Positions 32,768-46,562 of a DNA stretch of 64,000 bases are shown in pieces. The notes beneath the pieces were generated by a model. It worked only from the letters and a program-made list of their open reading frames with translations, did not search any database and was not told where the DNA came from. The position numbers and the translations under genes are program-made. Within the stretch, counting starts at the first letter, position 1, and the number at the start of each line of letters is the position of its first letter. This stretch comes from Gammaproteobacteria bacterium (GTDB taxonomy: Bacteria > Pseudomonadota > Gammaproteobacteria > JABABF01). The DNA lies in NCBI GenBank assembly GCA_965237805.1, contig OZ250153.1, forward strand, positions 1,056,001-1,120,000. The letters run 5' to 3'.

Positions 32768-33714
32768 TGAACAAGGGCAAAGATAAAGGACGGGTGCTCG
32801 GGCGCTTGATGGTGGGTTTGCAACAGGACGGCGGCTTGCAGGAGTTGCCGCTGGCTGCATTGCGGGCCAATCCATGGCAGCCACGGCAGGATTTCGACGA
32901 AGAGGCTTTGCGCGAGTTGGCGGCTTCAATCCGTGAGCACGGCCTGTTGCAGCCGGTGTTGGTGCGCCCATCCTCCCCGGAGGATGGCAGCTATGAGCTG
33001 GTGGTTGGAGAGCGGCGCTGGCGCGCCTGCCAGCTGGCGGGCTTGGCGACGATTCCAGCCAAGATCCGCGCCATCAGCGACCGTCAAGCCGCGCTGATGG
33101 CGCTGGTGGAAAACCTGCAACGCGAGGATTTGCGGGCCTTGGACACCGCCCACGGTCTGCGCCGCTTGGTGAGCGATTTCAAGCTGTCCCACGAGCAGGT
33201 GGCCGAGCTGCTCGGCAAATCGCGCAGCACGGTCAGCAATCTGTTGCGCTTGTTGCAATTACCCGAAGCGTTGCGCGAGTCGCTGGCCTCAGGCCAGCTC
33301 GAAATGGGGCATGCCCGCGCCCTGCTCGGCATTGCCGAACCAGCGCGCCAGGGCAAATTGGCGCAGCAAGTGATCCGCGAGTCGTTGACGGTGCGCGAAA
33401 CGGAGGCACTGGTGCGCAGTGAGCGCGGTGGCGAGGCCGTTGCGGCGGGGGGTGCGTCGACGGCCTCGGTCTCCAAGCTTCCTGTCAAGCCAGTGACCAC
33501 GCCGCGCTTGGATCCGGATTCGCGCTACCTCGAAGAGCGTCTCAGCGAGCATTTGGGGGCTTCGGTACAGCTGCGTCCCGCTACTGGCGGCAAAGCTGGC
33601 GGCCATGTGGAACTGCACTATCACGATGTCGAACATCTGCAGGAAGTGCTGCGCCGCATGGGCTATGCCGACGAGCAGTCGGATGCTGACACCGCGTCGG
33701 CGGATTGGGCGTGA
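32767..33714 (+). CDS. parB: chromosome partitioning protein ParB
   Basis: NPWQPR, GLLQPVLVR, GERRWRA, ENLQREDL, HTH GKSRSTVSNLLRLL; ATG overlaps the parA stop. Confidence 0.97.
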   Translation: MNKGKDKGRVLGRLMVGLQQDGGLQELPLAALRANPWQPRQDFDEEALRELAASIREHGLLQPVLVRPSSPEDGSYELVVGERRWRACQLAGLATIPAKIRAISDRQAALMALVENLQREDLRALDTAHGLRRLVSDFKLSHEQVAELLGKSRSTVSNLLRLLQLPEALRESLASGQLEMGHARALLGIAEPARQGKLAQQVIRESLTVRETEALVRSERGGEAVAAGGASTASVSKLPVKPVTTPRLDPDSRYLEERLSEHLGASVQLRPATGGKAGGHVELHYHDVEHLQEVLRRMGYADEQSDADTASADWA

Positions 33715-34082
33715 GCGCCCTGCTGCGCACGGTCCATGGCTATCTGTCGGTGCTGGCTGTCACTGCCATCGCCGCCAGTGCCTTGCTGGCTCTGATCGAT
33801 CCGGTTTGGGGTTATTCGGCACTTATGGGGGCGGCCTGTGGCTTGGCGCCCCAATGGTGGGCTGCTTGGCGTTTGTTGCGAGTGGGTGCGGCCTCCGCCG
33901 CCCTCGGGGCCTATCGCATCGAGCTGGGCAAATGGCTGCTCAGTGCCGCCGCCCTCGTCTTGGCCTTCGGCGTAGAGCCCTTGGCCCCGGCGCTGCTGTT
34001 CGTGACCTTGGTGCTGTCGCTGGCCGGTGCCATTGCCTGCGTCGCCTTGGCCGATCTCCGTCAACGGTCGCTCAGAGTTTGA
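33711..34082 (+). CDS. atpI: ATP synthase protein I
   Basis: Four hydrophobic segments, SALMG..CGLAP, YRIELGKWLL; first gene of the atp operon. Confidence 0.8.
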   Translation: MSALLRTVHGYLSVLAVTAIAASALLALIDPVWGYSALMGAACGLAPQWWAAWRLLRVGAASAALGAYRIELGKWLLSAAALVLAFGVEPLAPALLFVTLVLSLAGAIACVALADLRQRSLRV

Positions 34083-34952
<870 letters not shown>

Positions 34953-35012
34953 GCCGGCGGGTGGCCCGTGCGGTGCCAGCCCAGTGCTACGGTATAGACA
35001 GAACGAACGTAA

Positions 35013-35270
<258 letters not shown>

Positions 35271-35324
35271 GCCGCAGCGTTGCGATGTACGCAGCTAGCT
35301 GGTGGCTGAGGTTGGGCTAAGGCG

Positions 35325-35795
35325 ATGCAATTCAACCTCACTTTGCTGGGGCAGTCCATTGCCTTCGCGCTGTTCGTCTGGTTCTGTATGCGCTATATCT
35401 GGCCGCCGCTGAGTGCCGTCTTGGCCGAGCGCCAGCAGCGCATCGCCGAGGGCTTGGCGGCCGCCGATGCTGGTCTGGATAGTCAGCAACGCGCCGAGCG
35501 CGAGGCCGAGCAAGTTTTGACCGAAGCGCGCGGCCAAGCGCGTGAGATCGTCGATCAAGCCAACCGCCAAGCAGCGGGGGTGGTGGAGGCGGCGCGTGGC
35601 GAGGCTGAGACCGAGGGCAAGCGCCTGTTGCGGGCTGCCGAGGCCGAGATCGATCGCCAGCAGGTTCAGCTGCGCGATGCCCTGCGCCGCGAGCTCGGCG
35701 AATTGGTGGTCGACGGGGCTGCACGAGTGTTGGGACGCGAGGTGGATGCAGCGACACACCGCGATTTGGTCGAAGCCTTGGGCCGTCGCCTGTAG
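35325..35795 (+). CDS. atpF: ATP synthase F0 subunit b
   Basis: [26 protein letters not shown] followed by a coiled coil. Confidence 0.97.
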   Translation: MQFNLTLLGQSIAFALFVWFCMRYIWPPLSAVLAERQQRIAEGLAAADAGLDSQQRAEREAEQVLTEARGQAREIVDQANRQAAGVVEAARGEAETEGKRLLRAAEAEIDRQQVQLRDALRRELGELVVDGAARVLGREVDAATHRDLVEALGRRL

Positions 35796-35807
35796 GCTAT
35801 AGCTGCG

Positions 35808-36353
35808 ATGGACACAGAGCACAGTACTTTGGCGCGACCCTATGCGCGCGCCGCTTTTGGTTATGCCGCCGACGCTGGGGACGGTGCCGCCGACGCTTGG
35901 CGGGCGGCCTTGGATACACTGGCAGCTGTGGTGTGCGAGCCGCCTGTGGCGGTGCTGATCGCCGCCCCGCTGGCTGCCGCCGACAAGGCTGCGCAGCTCG
36001 GCGGCTTGCTCGGTGAAGCGCTGGACGGCAAGCAGCGCAATTTTGTGCGCCTGTTGGCCGACAACGGTCGCTTGGCCTTGTTGCCAGCCATCGCCACCGC
36101 TTTCCGGTGCCTGTATGCGGAGCGGCGCGGCGAAGTGGCGGTGGAACTGCGCTGTGCCCGTGCGCTGGACGACAGTGTTACCGAGATGTTGCGCGAGCGC
36201 CTCGGCCAGCGCCTCCAAGGGGAGGTGCTGCTCAGCGTCTCCGACGACCCGTCACTGCTGGGTGGCGCTACATTGCGCATCGGTGACCGGGTCATTGACG
36301 GTTCCCTGCGCGGGCGCCTCGCCGCTTTGGCCAACGCCCTGCGCGCAGCTTGA
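35808..36353 (+). CDS. atpH: ATP synthase F1 subunit delta
   Basis: [36 protein letters not shown]. Confidence 0.97.
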   Translation: MDTEHSTLARPYARAAFGYAADAGDGAADAWRAALDTLAAVVCEPPVAVLIAAPLAAADKAAQLGGLLGEALDGKQRNFVRLLADNGRLALLPAIATAFRCLYAERRGEVAVELRCARALDDSVTEMLRERLGQRLQGEVLLSVSDDPSLLGGATLRIGDRVIDGSLRGRLAALANALRAA

Positions 36354-36396
36354 ACCATCTCTCTACCCATGGACACCACGCCACTTTGGAGCCCCG

Positions 36397-37944
36397 ATGC
36401 AAAACGCTTTGAATCCAGCTGAGATCAGCGAGCTCATACGCCAACGAATCGCACGTTTAGAACTGGGCGAAGAGGAGCGCGAAGAGGGCGTCATCGTCAG
36501 CTTGATGGATGGCATCGTTCGCATCCACGGTCTGCGCAGCGTGCTCTACGGCGAGATGATCGAATTCGACGGCGGGGGTTTTGGCATTGCGCTCAACTTG
36601 GAGCGGGACTCGGTCGGTGCGGTGGTGCTCGGCGACTACCTGCAGCTGGGCGAAGGCCAGAGCTGCCACTGCACCGGGCGCATCCTCGAAGTGCCGGTCG
36701 GGCCAGCGCTGGAGGGTCGCGTGGTCGATGCCCTCGGCCACCCGCTGGACGGCCGCGGGCCGCTGGGCGAGACGCCTTTCGCGGCGGTGGAGCAGGTGGC
36801 ACCGGGCGTGATCACGCGCCAATCGGTCAGCCAGCCAGTGCAGACTGGTCTCAAGGCGATAGATTCGATGGTGCCGATCGGGCGCGGCCAACGTGAATTG
36901 ATCATCGGCGACCGCCAGATTGGCAAGACAGCCGTGGCGGTGGACACCATCATCAACCAGAAAGGCGGCGATATGAAGTGCGTCTATGTGGCCATCGGTC
37001 AAAAGCAATCCTCCGTTGCTGCTGTGGTGCGCAAATTGGAGGAGAGCGGGGCGATGGCACACACCATCGTTGTCGCCGCTCCGGCGGCGGCGCCAGCCTC
37101 AATGCAGTATCTGGCTCCATTCGCCGGTTGTGCGATGGGCGAGTACTACCGCGATCGCGGCGAGGACGCGCTGATTATCTACGACGATTTGAGCAAACAG
37201 GCGTGGGCCTATCGCCAGATTTCCCTGTTGTTGCGGCGTCCGCCTGGCCGCGAGGCCTATCCGGGGGATGTCTTCTACCTGCATTCACGTCTGTTGGAGC
37301 GCGCCGCCCGCGTCAACGCCAACTATGTGGAGAAGGTCACCGGTGGCGAAGTCAAGGGCCGCACTGGCTCGCTGACCGCCCTGCCGATTATCGAGACCCA
37401 AGCTGGCGATGTCTCCGCCTTTGTGCCGACCAATGTGATCTCGATCACCGACGGGCAGATTTTCCTCGAGACCAACCTGTTCAATGCCGGGGTGCGCCCG
37501 GCGATGAACGCCGGCCTATCGGTGTCCCGGGTCGGCGGTGCCGCGCAGACACAGATCATCAAGAAACTGGGTGGCGGCATTCGTTTGGCGCTGGCCCAGT
37601 ACCGCGAGTTGGAGGCCTTCTCGCAGTTTGCCTCGGATCTGGACGAGGCCACCCGTGCGCAGCTTGAGCACGGCCAGCGCATCACCGAACTCATGAAGCA
37701 GCCGCAGTATTCGCCACTATCGGTTGCCGCCATGGCGATCAGCTTGTTCGCCGCCAACGAGGGCTATCTCAAAGCGGTGCCGGTGTCGCGTATCCGTGAC
37801 TACGAGGGGGCCTTGCTCGAATATATGCGTCGCGAGCACGCCGGGCTGATGGATCGCATCGATGCCACCGGCGATTGGGATGAGGAGATAGAGCAGGCCT
37901 TCCGCGCCGCTCTGGACAGCTTCGCCAAGACTTGGAGTGCATAG
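36397..37944 (+). CDS. atpA: ATP synthase F1 subunit alpha
   Basis: Start [11 protein letters not shown]; [30 protein letters not shown]. Confidence 0.99.
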   Translation: MQNALNPAEISELIRQRIARLELGEEEREEGVIVSLMDGIVRIHGLRSVLYGEMIEFDGGGFGIALNLERDSVGAVVLGDYLQLGEGQSCHCTGRILEVPVGPALEGRVVDALGHPLDGRGPLGETPFAAVEQVAPGVITRQSVSQPVQTGLKAIDSMVPIGRGQRELIIGDRQIGKTAVAVDTIINQKGGDMKCVYVAIGQKQSSVAAVVRKLEESGAMAHTIVVAAPAAAPASMQYLAPFAGCAMGEYYRDRGEDALIIYDDLSKQAWAYRQISLLLRRPPGREAYPGDVFYLHSRLLERAARVNANYVEKVTGGEVKGRTGSLTALPIIETQAGDVSAFVPTNVISITDGQIFLETNLFNAGVRPAMNAGLSVSRVGGAAQTQIIKKLGGGIRLALAQYRELEAFSQFASDLDEATRAQLEHGQRITELMKQPQYSPLSVAAMAISLFAANEGYLKAVPVSRIRDYEGALLEYMRREHAGLMDRIDATGDWDEEIEQAFRAALDSFAKTWSA

Positions 37945-37947
37945 GCC

Positions 37948-38817
37948 GTGGCAGTAGGCAGGGAGATACGCGACCAGATTACCAGCATCTCCAGCACGCG
38001 CAAGATCACGCGGGCGATGGAGATGGTGGCGGCCAGCAAAATGCGCCGCGCCCAAGAGCGCATGAGTCGCGGGCGCCCCTATGCGCGCCATCTGCGGGAG
38101 GTGATCGGGCACCTTGCCAGCGGTGGGCTGGAGTTTAGCCACCCCTATCTGGAGCAGCGTGAGCCACGAGCTGTGGCGTATTTGGTTGTTTCGACCGAGC
38201 GCGGCCTGTGCGGTGGCCTCAACATCAACCTGTTCAAGGTTGCGCTTGCCGATATGCAAGCTTGGTCGACGCGCAGCGTCGCTGTGCGTTTGGGTCTGAT
38301 CGGTGCGCGCGGCATCTCATTTTTCAACAGCATCGGTGGCGATGTCATGGCTGGTGTGCGCGACCTGGGCGAGCAGCCGCGCATGACTGAGCTGGTGGGG
38401 GCGGTCAAGGTGGTGCTGGACGAGTTCTCTGCCAGCCGGCTGGACCGGCTGTTTTTGGTGTTCAACGAGTTTGTCAACACGGTGCAACAGATCCCGTGCA
38501 TCCGCCAGCTGTTGCCGCTGGAGCCGGGCGAAGAGCACTCAGAGAAGCGCATTGCACGCTGGGATTACCTCTACGAGCCAGACGACGCCGCGGCCCTGTT
38601 GCACACGCTACTCACGCGCCATGTCGAATCGCAGCTGTATCAGGCGGTGGTCGAAAACGGCGCTTGCGAACAGGCGGCGCGGATGGTGGCGATGAAGAGC
38701 GCCACGGAGAACGCTGGCGAGCTGATCGACGATTTGCAGCTGACTTATAACAAGGCGCGCCAAGCGGCGATCACCCAAGAGTTATCGGAGATTATCGGTG
38801 GTGCTGCGGCGGTATGA
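37948..38817 (+). CDS. atpG: ATP synthase F1 subunit gamma
   Basis: [37 protein letters not shown]. Confidence 0.99.
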   Translation: MAVGREIRDQITSISSTRKITRAMEMVAASKMRRAQERMSRGRPYARHLREVIGHLASGGLEFSHPYLEQREPRAVAYLVVSTERGLCGGLNINLFKVALADMQAWSTRSVAVRLGLIGARGISFFNSIGGDVMAGVRDLGEQPRMTELVGAVKVVLDEFSASRLDRLFLVFNEFVNTVQQIPCIRQLLPLEPGEEHSEKRIARWDYLYEPDDAAALLHTLLTRHVESQLYQAVVENGACEQAARMVAMKSATENAGELIDDLQLTYNKARQAAITQELSEIIGGAAAV

Positions 38818-39238
38818 GCGCGGTGCCTCGTGTGCCCTCATTCCGGTGGCGCTACTGATGGCGCTGGCCGCGTGCGCCCCGGCGGTGCCAGACTGCTCGG
38901 ATGCCGCCACCGCAGCGCTGTTGCGCCAGAGCGTGGAACGGCAACTGCGCTCCCTGCCGGGCAGTGCGGCGCTGGAGCAGCTGGCGGTGGAATTCGACGC
39001 GGTGCGAACCCTGCGGCGGGATTTTCGAAGTGGTGCTTGGCAGTGCGCGGCAGAGCTTCAGGTGCATGCCAGTTTTGCCAGTGCCAGTAACGGCTTCGAT
39101 GTCCTCGACCTCGCCATCAGCGCCCTGGGCGGCAACCAGCGCCTGCGCTTTTTTGTCGAACAGGGCCCCCATGAGCTGCGCTACACTAGCCAGTTCACCG
39201 ACGCTGGACGACATCATGTGTGGTCGGAGTTACGATGA
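38798..39238 (+). CDS. hypothetical lipoprotein (inside atp operon)
   Basis: GTG start 7 nt after GGAG, overlapping the atpG end; lipobox LAAC; PDCSD and QCAA cysteines. Confidence 0.7.
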   Translation: MVLRRYERGASCALIPVALLMALAACAPAVPDCSDAATAALLRQSVERQLRSLPGSAALEQLAVEFDAVRTLRRDFRSGAWQCAAELQVHASFASASNGFDVLDLAISALGGNQRLRFFVEQGPHELRYTSQFTDAGRHHVWSELR

Positions 39239-39617
39239 AAGCATATGGCCGCTGGTTGCCGCTCGCCTTGCTGGTGCTGCCTTTGTTGGCGGGTTGTGAT
39301 ACCGAAAACTGGACTTGGCAGGCACCGCTCTGCGATGCGGAGCAAAACATCACCTTGGTCCGAACTGAAATGTTCGCCCAAGGTCGCGAGCGCTACGGCA
39401 ACCTGACCAAGTACGCCAGCTATGACATCACCGAGATCAATGAGCGGAATTTTGACTGGCGCAGCGGCGATCGCCAATGCTCCGTCTATGTCCAGCTACG
39501 GGTGGAATTTCCCACTTCGCTGGGACCGATGGAGGTCGCATTGCAGATCGATTTCACCAGCCGCCGGGATGGCTGGGACGGTGAGGTGTCGATTGAGGCG
39601 GGCAAGGTGCAACGCCT

Positions 39618-39621
<4 letters not shown>
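39235..39621 (+). CDS. hypothetical lipoprotein, paralog of the upstream gene
   Basis: ATGA overlap with the previous stop, GGAG RBS; [12 protein letters not shown] lipobox; PLCD and RSGDRQCS. Confidence 0.75.
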
Positions 39622-41925
<2,304 letters not shown>

Positions 41926-41944
41926 GCAGGGACTGAGCCGTCCC

Positions 41945-42856
41945 CTAGCTGTCTTCTCGCCGCCGCCGAAGCGCCTGCAATAGGCGCTCGGTGGTTGCCG
42001 GAGCCACGCGCTTCAATGATAAGCGGATGGCCCCTTTGAAAGCCTCCCAGTCTTCGGCGAAGAGGGATGGGTTCAGAGCTCCCCGCATGGCGTTGGTCGA
42101 GCTGCGCCAGCCGATATGGCGAAACAGGAATAAGTGGTGATCATTGATGGTACGGCCCCGCTTATCGAGTAGGAAGTCGATCGGCTCCACTCCTTGCTGA
42201 TGCCGCACGCTATGGTGGATTTGCGCGAGGTAGTCGCGCAGATTTTCGAGGTCGAACAGGATGGAGGTGGCCCCGGACTTAAGCGAGAGCAGTGCGGTGG
42301 TGCGAGGGAAATGGCCGTAGCACTTTAGCCGCAGGACGCCCCCTTGGCGCGTCAGTGCTGCGGGACCCTCCCGCGCTAAGCGTTGCCAGCCCTCTCGCCG
42401 GGTGAGGGCGCAATCGTCTTCCAGCATCAGATAGCCCCAAGCCGAGAACTCGGCCATCCGTTCCAGCAACAAAATGCGATCGCAGGCTAGCTGCGCCTGC
42501 CAGCGATGCCATGGGTGGGATGCCATCGGGTGTTCGGGGATTGCTTGGTCGCGCTCGGCGGCGACTTCGTAGCGGCGCACGGCATCCCTGTCAGCGGGTT
42601 CTTCGATCCGCAACAGCGCTTCACAGCCCAGCTCTCGTGCCAGCTCGGGGAGGCGCTGCACCGCCCCGTGCCGCCCGGGCTCGCGATCCAAGTTATAGAC
42701 CAAGACCATGAGCCGTAGCCCCTCTGGGCGCGGTGCTTCGAACAGGCTACGTACCACTTGGCACAGCAGGGGTTCCCCGGGAACCGTCGGGCGGCGCACG
42801 GTGGGAATGCCGACCACAATGTCGTAGGATTCGCCGGCAACCGGTGGCGGCGTCAT
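41945..42856 (-). CDS. glycosyltransferase resembling MGAT4/GT54 N-acetylglucosaminyltransferases
   Basis: IVVGIPTVRR, YLMLEDD and LFRHIGWRSS in the order of the MGAT4-family motifs; start placed at ATG 42856. Confidence 0.6.
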   Translation of the reverse strand: MTPPPVAGESYDIVVGIPTVRRPTVPGEPLLCQVVRSLFEAPRPEGLRLMVLVYNLDREPGRHGAVQRLPELARELGCEALLRIEEPADRDAVRRYEVAAERDQAIPEHPMASHPWHRWQAQLACDRILLLERMAEFSAWGYLMLEDDCALTRREGWQRLAREGPAALTRQGGVLRLKCYGHFPRTTALLSLKSGATSILFDLENLRDYLAQIHHSVRHQQGVEPIDFLLDKRGRTINDHHLFLFRHIGWRSSTNAMRGALNPSLFAEDWEAFKGAIRLSLKRVAPATTERLLQALRRRREDS

Positions 42857-43089
42857 GGTGGCAGCAGGGATTGTTCTGCGGGTAATGGCTGTGCTTGGCG
42901 CACGGGGGATGCCGACCAAGAGGTCGCTGGCTCTGAGGGCGGCACCACTTGGCTGTCGCCTCGCTGCGCAGGGGCATCGGGCATGGGCGGCATTATAGCG
43001 GCCTGCCATTGCTGCACGACTGCGATCAGAGGGGGCGAAGCGTTAGAATAACAGCCATCTCGTCCTCGCCTCAGCGCAGAGGTGGCCGC

Positions 43090-44493
43090 TTGCTCTCAGA
43101 CATCGTGATACTCGCCGCTGGCCAAGCGCGGCGCATGCACTCGAGCCGTGGCAAGTTGTTGCAGAGATTGGCGGGCAAACCGTTGTTGCAGCCCCTGTTG
43201 GACACCGTGGCAGAGCTGCCGGGGGGGCGGTTGCACGTGGTGGTGGCACCCGGTGCCCGTAGCGCCCTTGAAGCGGTGCTAGATTTTGGCGGTTTGGAGC
43301 CGTGTTGGGTGGAGCAGCCCAGCCCCCAAGGCACTGGCGATGCCTTGATCCGTGCCGTGCCAACTTTGGCTGGCACTGCCTCGGGCGGCACGGTGTTGGT
43401 GCTGTGCGGTGATGTGCCGCTAGTGCGGCGCGAGACGCTGGAGGAGATGGTGGCTGAGGCCGAGGATGGGCGCAGTGTGGTGCTGTTGACTGCCACGCCG
43501 CCGGATGCGACCGGCTACGGGCGCGTCATCCGCAGCGCCGACGGCACGGTAGAGGCCATCGTCGAGCATGTGGATGCCGATGCCACCCAGCGCGCCATCG
43601 GTGAAATCCACACCGGTGCGTTCGCCCTGCCAGCCGAGCCTTTGGGGGATTGGCTGGGGGCCTTGGACAACGACAATGCTCAGGGGGAGAAGTACCTTCC
43701 GGCCCTGTTGCCGCTGGCGCTGGCGGCGGGCTATACCGTGCGGGCCTGCCAAGCGCCGCTGGCGATGGAGGTGTTAGGGGTCAACGACCGCGCCCAACTG
43801 GCGTTGCTGGAGCGCCACTGCCAACGCATCCAAGCCGATGCGCTGATGCGCGAGGGCGTCGGCTTGGCCGATCCGAGCCGTTTTGATCTGCGCGGGCGTC
43901 TGCGCGCCGGGCGCGATGTCTTCATCGACATCAATGTGGTGCTGGAAGGGGATGTGGAGCTCGGCGATGGGGTGCATATCGAGCCCAACTGCGTGTTGCG
44001 CGACACGCGGGTCGGTGCTGGTAGCCTGATCCGCGTCGGCTCCCTGCTCGAGAGCGCCGAGCTGGCCGCCGGTACCACCATCGGCCCCTATGCCCGCCTG
44101 CGCCCGGGCACCGTGCTGGGTGCAGGTGCCCAAGTCGGCAATTTTGTCGAGGTCAAACAATCCACGCTGGGTGCTGGCAGCAAAGTCAACCACCTGAGCT
44201 ATGTCGGTGATGCCGAAGTGGGTGAGGGCGCGAATATCGGTGCCGGGGTAATCACCTGCAACTACGACGGCCAGCACAAACATCCCACGCGCATCGGCGA
44301 CCGCGCTTTCATCGGCTCTAACAGTGCCTTGGTGGCACCGGTCTCAGTTGGCGATGACGCGGTGGTCGGGGCGGGTTCAGTCATCACCACGGATGTACCG
44401 GCCGACAACTTGAGCGTGGGGCGCGGTCGCCAGCGCAATGTGGCGGATTGGGCGGCCAAGCGCGGGCAGCGCGACACCGAAAGCAAGCGCTGA
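43090..44493 (+). CDS. glmU: bifunctional UDP-GlcNAc pyrophosphorylase/acetyltransferase
   Basis: IVILAAG, QGTG, GDVP, GYGR, NDNAQGEKY, GVN, hexapeptide repeats, HLSYVGD, CNYDG; TTG start after GAGG. Confidence 0.96.
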   Translation: MLSDIVILAAGQARRMHSSRGKLLQRLAGKPLLQPLLDTVAELPGGRLHVVVAPGARSALEAVLDFGGLEPCWVEQPSPQGTGDALIRAVPTLAGTASGGTVLVLCGDVPLVRRETLEEMVAEAEDGRSVVLLTATPPDATGYGRVIRSADGTVEAIVEHVDADATQRAIGEIHTGAFALPAEPLGDWLGALDNDNAQGEKYLPALLPLALAAGYTVRACQAPLAMEVLGVNDRAQLALLERHCQRIQADALMREGVGLADPSRFDLRGRLRAGRDVFIDINVVLEGDVELGDGVHIEPNCVLRDTRVGAGSLIRVGSLLESAELAAGTTIGPYARLRPGTVLGAGAQVGNFVEVKQSTLGAGSKVNHLSYVGDAEVGEGANIGAGVITCNYDGQHKHPTRIGDRAFIGSNSALVAPVSVGDDAVVGAGSVITTDVPADNLSVGRGRQRNVADWAAKRGQRDTESKR

Positions 44494-44497
44494 GACG

Positions 44498-46336
44498 ATG
44501 TGCGGCATTATCGGTGCCGTGTCCCGGCACCCGGCTGAAGCAGCGCTGCTGGCGGGATTGCGCCTGCTGGAGTATCGCGGTTACGATTCGGCGGGGGCGG
44601 CAACGCTCAGCGACAACACGCTGCATTGCCACAAACACGCAGGTCGAGTCGCCGAGCTAGAGCGCGCCTGTGCTGCGGATCCCCTGCCGGGCACGATCGG
44701 CATTGCCCACACGCGCTGGGCCACGCACGGCCCCCCGAATGATGCCAATGCGCATCCGCACTGTGTCGGCTCCGATTTGGCGCTGGTGCACAACGGCATC
44801 GTCGAAAACCACGCTGAGTTGCGCGCCGAGCTGGCGGCCGAGGGCTGCCACTTTTCCTCGGCCACCGACTCCGAGCTGATCGCGCATTTGGTGAAGGCCG
44901 AATTGTCGCGCGGCGTGCCGACCCTGTGGCAGGCGGTGCAGGCCGCGACCGAAAGCCTCGAAGGCTCCTATGCCATCGCCGTGCTCAGCGCAGCGCATCC
45001 AGAGACCATCGTGGCCGCCCGTGCGGGTAGCCCGCTGGTGATCGGCTGTGGCGAGGCGGGGCACTTCCTGTCTTCGGATCCATTGGCGATCAGCGGCCAA
45101 GTGCAGCGCGGGCTATTTCTCGAGGACGGCGATATCGCCGAGTTGCGTGTCGACGGTTACACCCTGCGCACAGCTGACGGTAGCGAGGTCGAGCGCGTCG
45201 AGCAGCCGCTGGCCGGACCGCTGGAGGCTGTTGGTGAATACGGCGAGTACAGCTGCTATATGGAGAAGGAGATATTCGAGCAGCCTGCCGCTCTGCGCCA
45301 ACTGTTGGAGGGCCGCTTGGCCGATGGCCGCATCGATATGGAGGCGGTGTTGGGCGCAGGTGCCGAGTTCTGGTTGCCGCAGGCGCGCGCTGTGCACATC
45401 GTCGCCTGCGGCACCAGCTACCATGCCGCTTGCATCGCTTCCTATTGGTTTGAACAGCTGCTGGGACGGGCCTGCCGCGTCTTCATCGCCAGTGAGTACC
45501 GCTACCATCTGCCAGCGGTCGAGCCCGGCACCGTGCTGGTGGTGGTCTCCCAATCTGGCGAGACAGCGGACATCTTGGCGGCGGTGCGCGCGGCGACTGC
45601 ACGAGACTACCTCTGCCGCTTGGCGATCTGCAATGTCTCGCACAGCAGCTTGGTGCGCGACAGCGAATCCGTGTTGCTGTTGCGGGCGGGGGTCGAGGTG
45701 GGCGTGGCTTCGACCAAGGCCTTCACCGCCCAGCTGGCAGCTTTTTTCCTGCTGATGACGCTGCTCGGTCGTCACAGCGAGGCGGCCAGTTTCCCCGGCG
45801 AGGCCGCCTGCGTCGAAGCGCTGCGCACCTTGCCGGAGGCGATGGAGCGAACCTTGGCCTTGAACGACGAGGTGCGCGACTTGGCCGCGCTGTTTCGCGA
45901 CAGCGAGCAGGCGCTGTTCATCGGCCGCGGCGTCAACTATCCATTGGCGATGGAAGGGGCCTTGAAGCTCAAAGAAATCTCCTATATCCACGCCGAGGCC
46001 TTTGCCGCTGGCGAGCTGAAGCATGGCCCACTGGCCTTGGTGGACACAGACATGCCGGTGGTGGCCTCGCTGAGCGATGACGCGCTGTTTGGCAAGACCA
46101 TGTCGAACCTAGAAGAAGTGCGCGCCCGCGGCGGTCGGCTGGTGTTGTTTGCCGACCCGGGCCTGCGCCTGCCCGACTACATGTCAGATGTGTTGCATTT
46201 GCCGGTGGCTGCAGCGCATCTGGGGCCATTGCTCCACGCCGTGCCGCATCAGCTGTTGGCCTACCATGTGGCGACGATGCGCGGGCTGGATGTGGATAAG
46301 CCGCGCAACTTGGCGAAGTCGGTGACTGTTGAATAA
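44498..46336 (+). CDS. glmS: glutamine--fructose-6-phosphate transaminase
   Basis: MCGI, LEYRGYDSAG, HTRWATHG, SQSGETAD, EGALKLKE, PRNLAKSVTVE. Confidence 0.99.
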   Translation: MCGIIGAVSRHPAEAALLAGLRLLEYRGYDSAGAATLSDNTLHCHKHAGRVAELERACAADPLPGTIGIAHTRWATHGPPNDANAHPHCVGSDLALVHNGIVENHAELRAELAAEGCHFSSATDSELIAHLVKAELSRGVPTLWQAVQAATESLEGSYAIAVLSAAHPETIVAARAGSPLVIGCGEAGHFLSSDPLAISGQVQRGLFLEDGDIAELRVDGYTLRTADGSEVERVEQPLAGPLEAVGEYGEYSCYMEKEIFEQPAALRQLLEGRLADGRIDMEAVLGAGAEFWLPQARAVHIVACGTSYHAACIASYWFEQLLGRACRVFIASEYRYHLPAVEPGTVLVVVSQSGETADILAAVRAATARDYLCRLAICNVSHSSLVRDSESVLLLRAGVEVGVASTKAFTAQLAAFFLLMTLLGRHSEAASFPGEAACVEALRTLPEAMERTLALNDEVRDLAALFRDSEQALFIGRGVNYPLAMEGALKLKEISYIHAEAFAAGELKHGPLALVDTDMPVVASLSDDALFGKTMSNLEEVRARGGRLVLFADPGLRLPDYMSDVLHLPVAAAHLGPLLHAVPHQLLAYHVATMRGLDVDKPRNLAKSVTVE

Positions 46337-46342
46337 AACAAG

Positions 46343-46495
46343 ATGATTTGCATTAAAACCGACATACCTCAAGCAATATGCGATATTGACGATGAGTTAA
46401 AAGCAATTTATCACAGCAAGGATACGGTATGTATTTGGGTGTTTAAAACAAGAGAAGATCGAAATAGATTTATGGATGAAGTCATGCGAGATTGA
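46343..46495 (+). CDS. small hypothetical protein (50 aa), possibly truncated
   Basis: Hand translation MICIKTDIPQAICDIDDELKAIYHSKDTVCIWVFKTREDRNRFMDEVMRD*, starting 6 nt after the glmS stop. Confidence 0.5.
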   Translation: MICIKTDIPQAICDIDDELKAIYHSKDTVCIWVFKTREDRNRFMDEVMRD

Positions 46496-46562
46496 TATGA
46501 TACCAAGCGGGAGCTATTGTATAATAACAAGGAATATACGAAGAAATATGACAAAATAAATT

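Noticed and set aside
33599-33614. parS-like sequence inside parB (..CCATGTGGAACT)
   Set aside because: Only one half-site matches
46337-46400. Tn7 or CAST element at attTn7
   Set aside because: No tnsABCD, tniQ or cas genes, and no recognisable TGT..ACA ends with repeated TnsB sites
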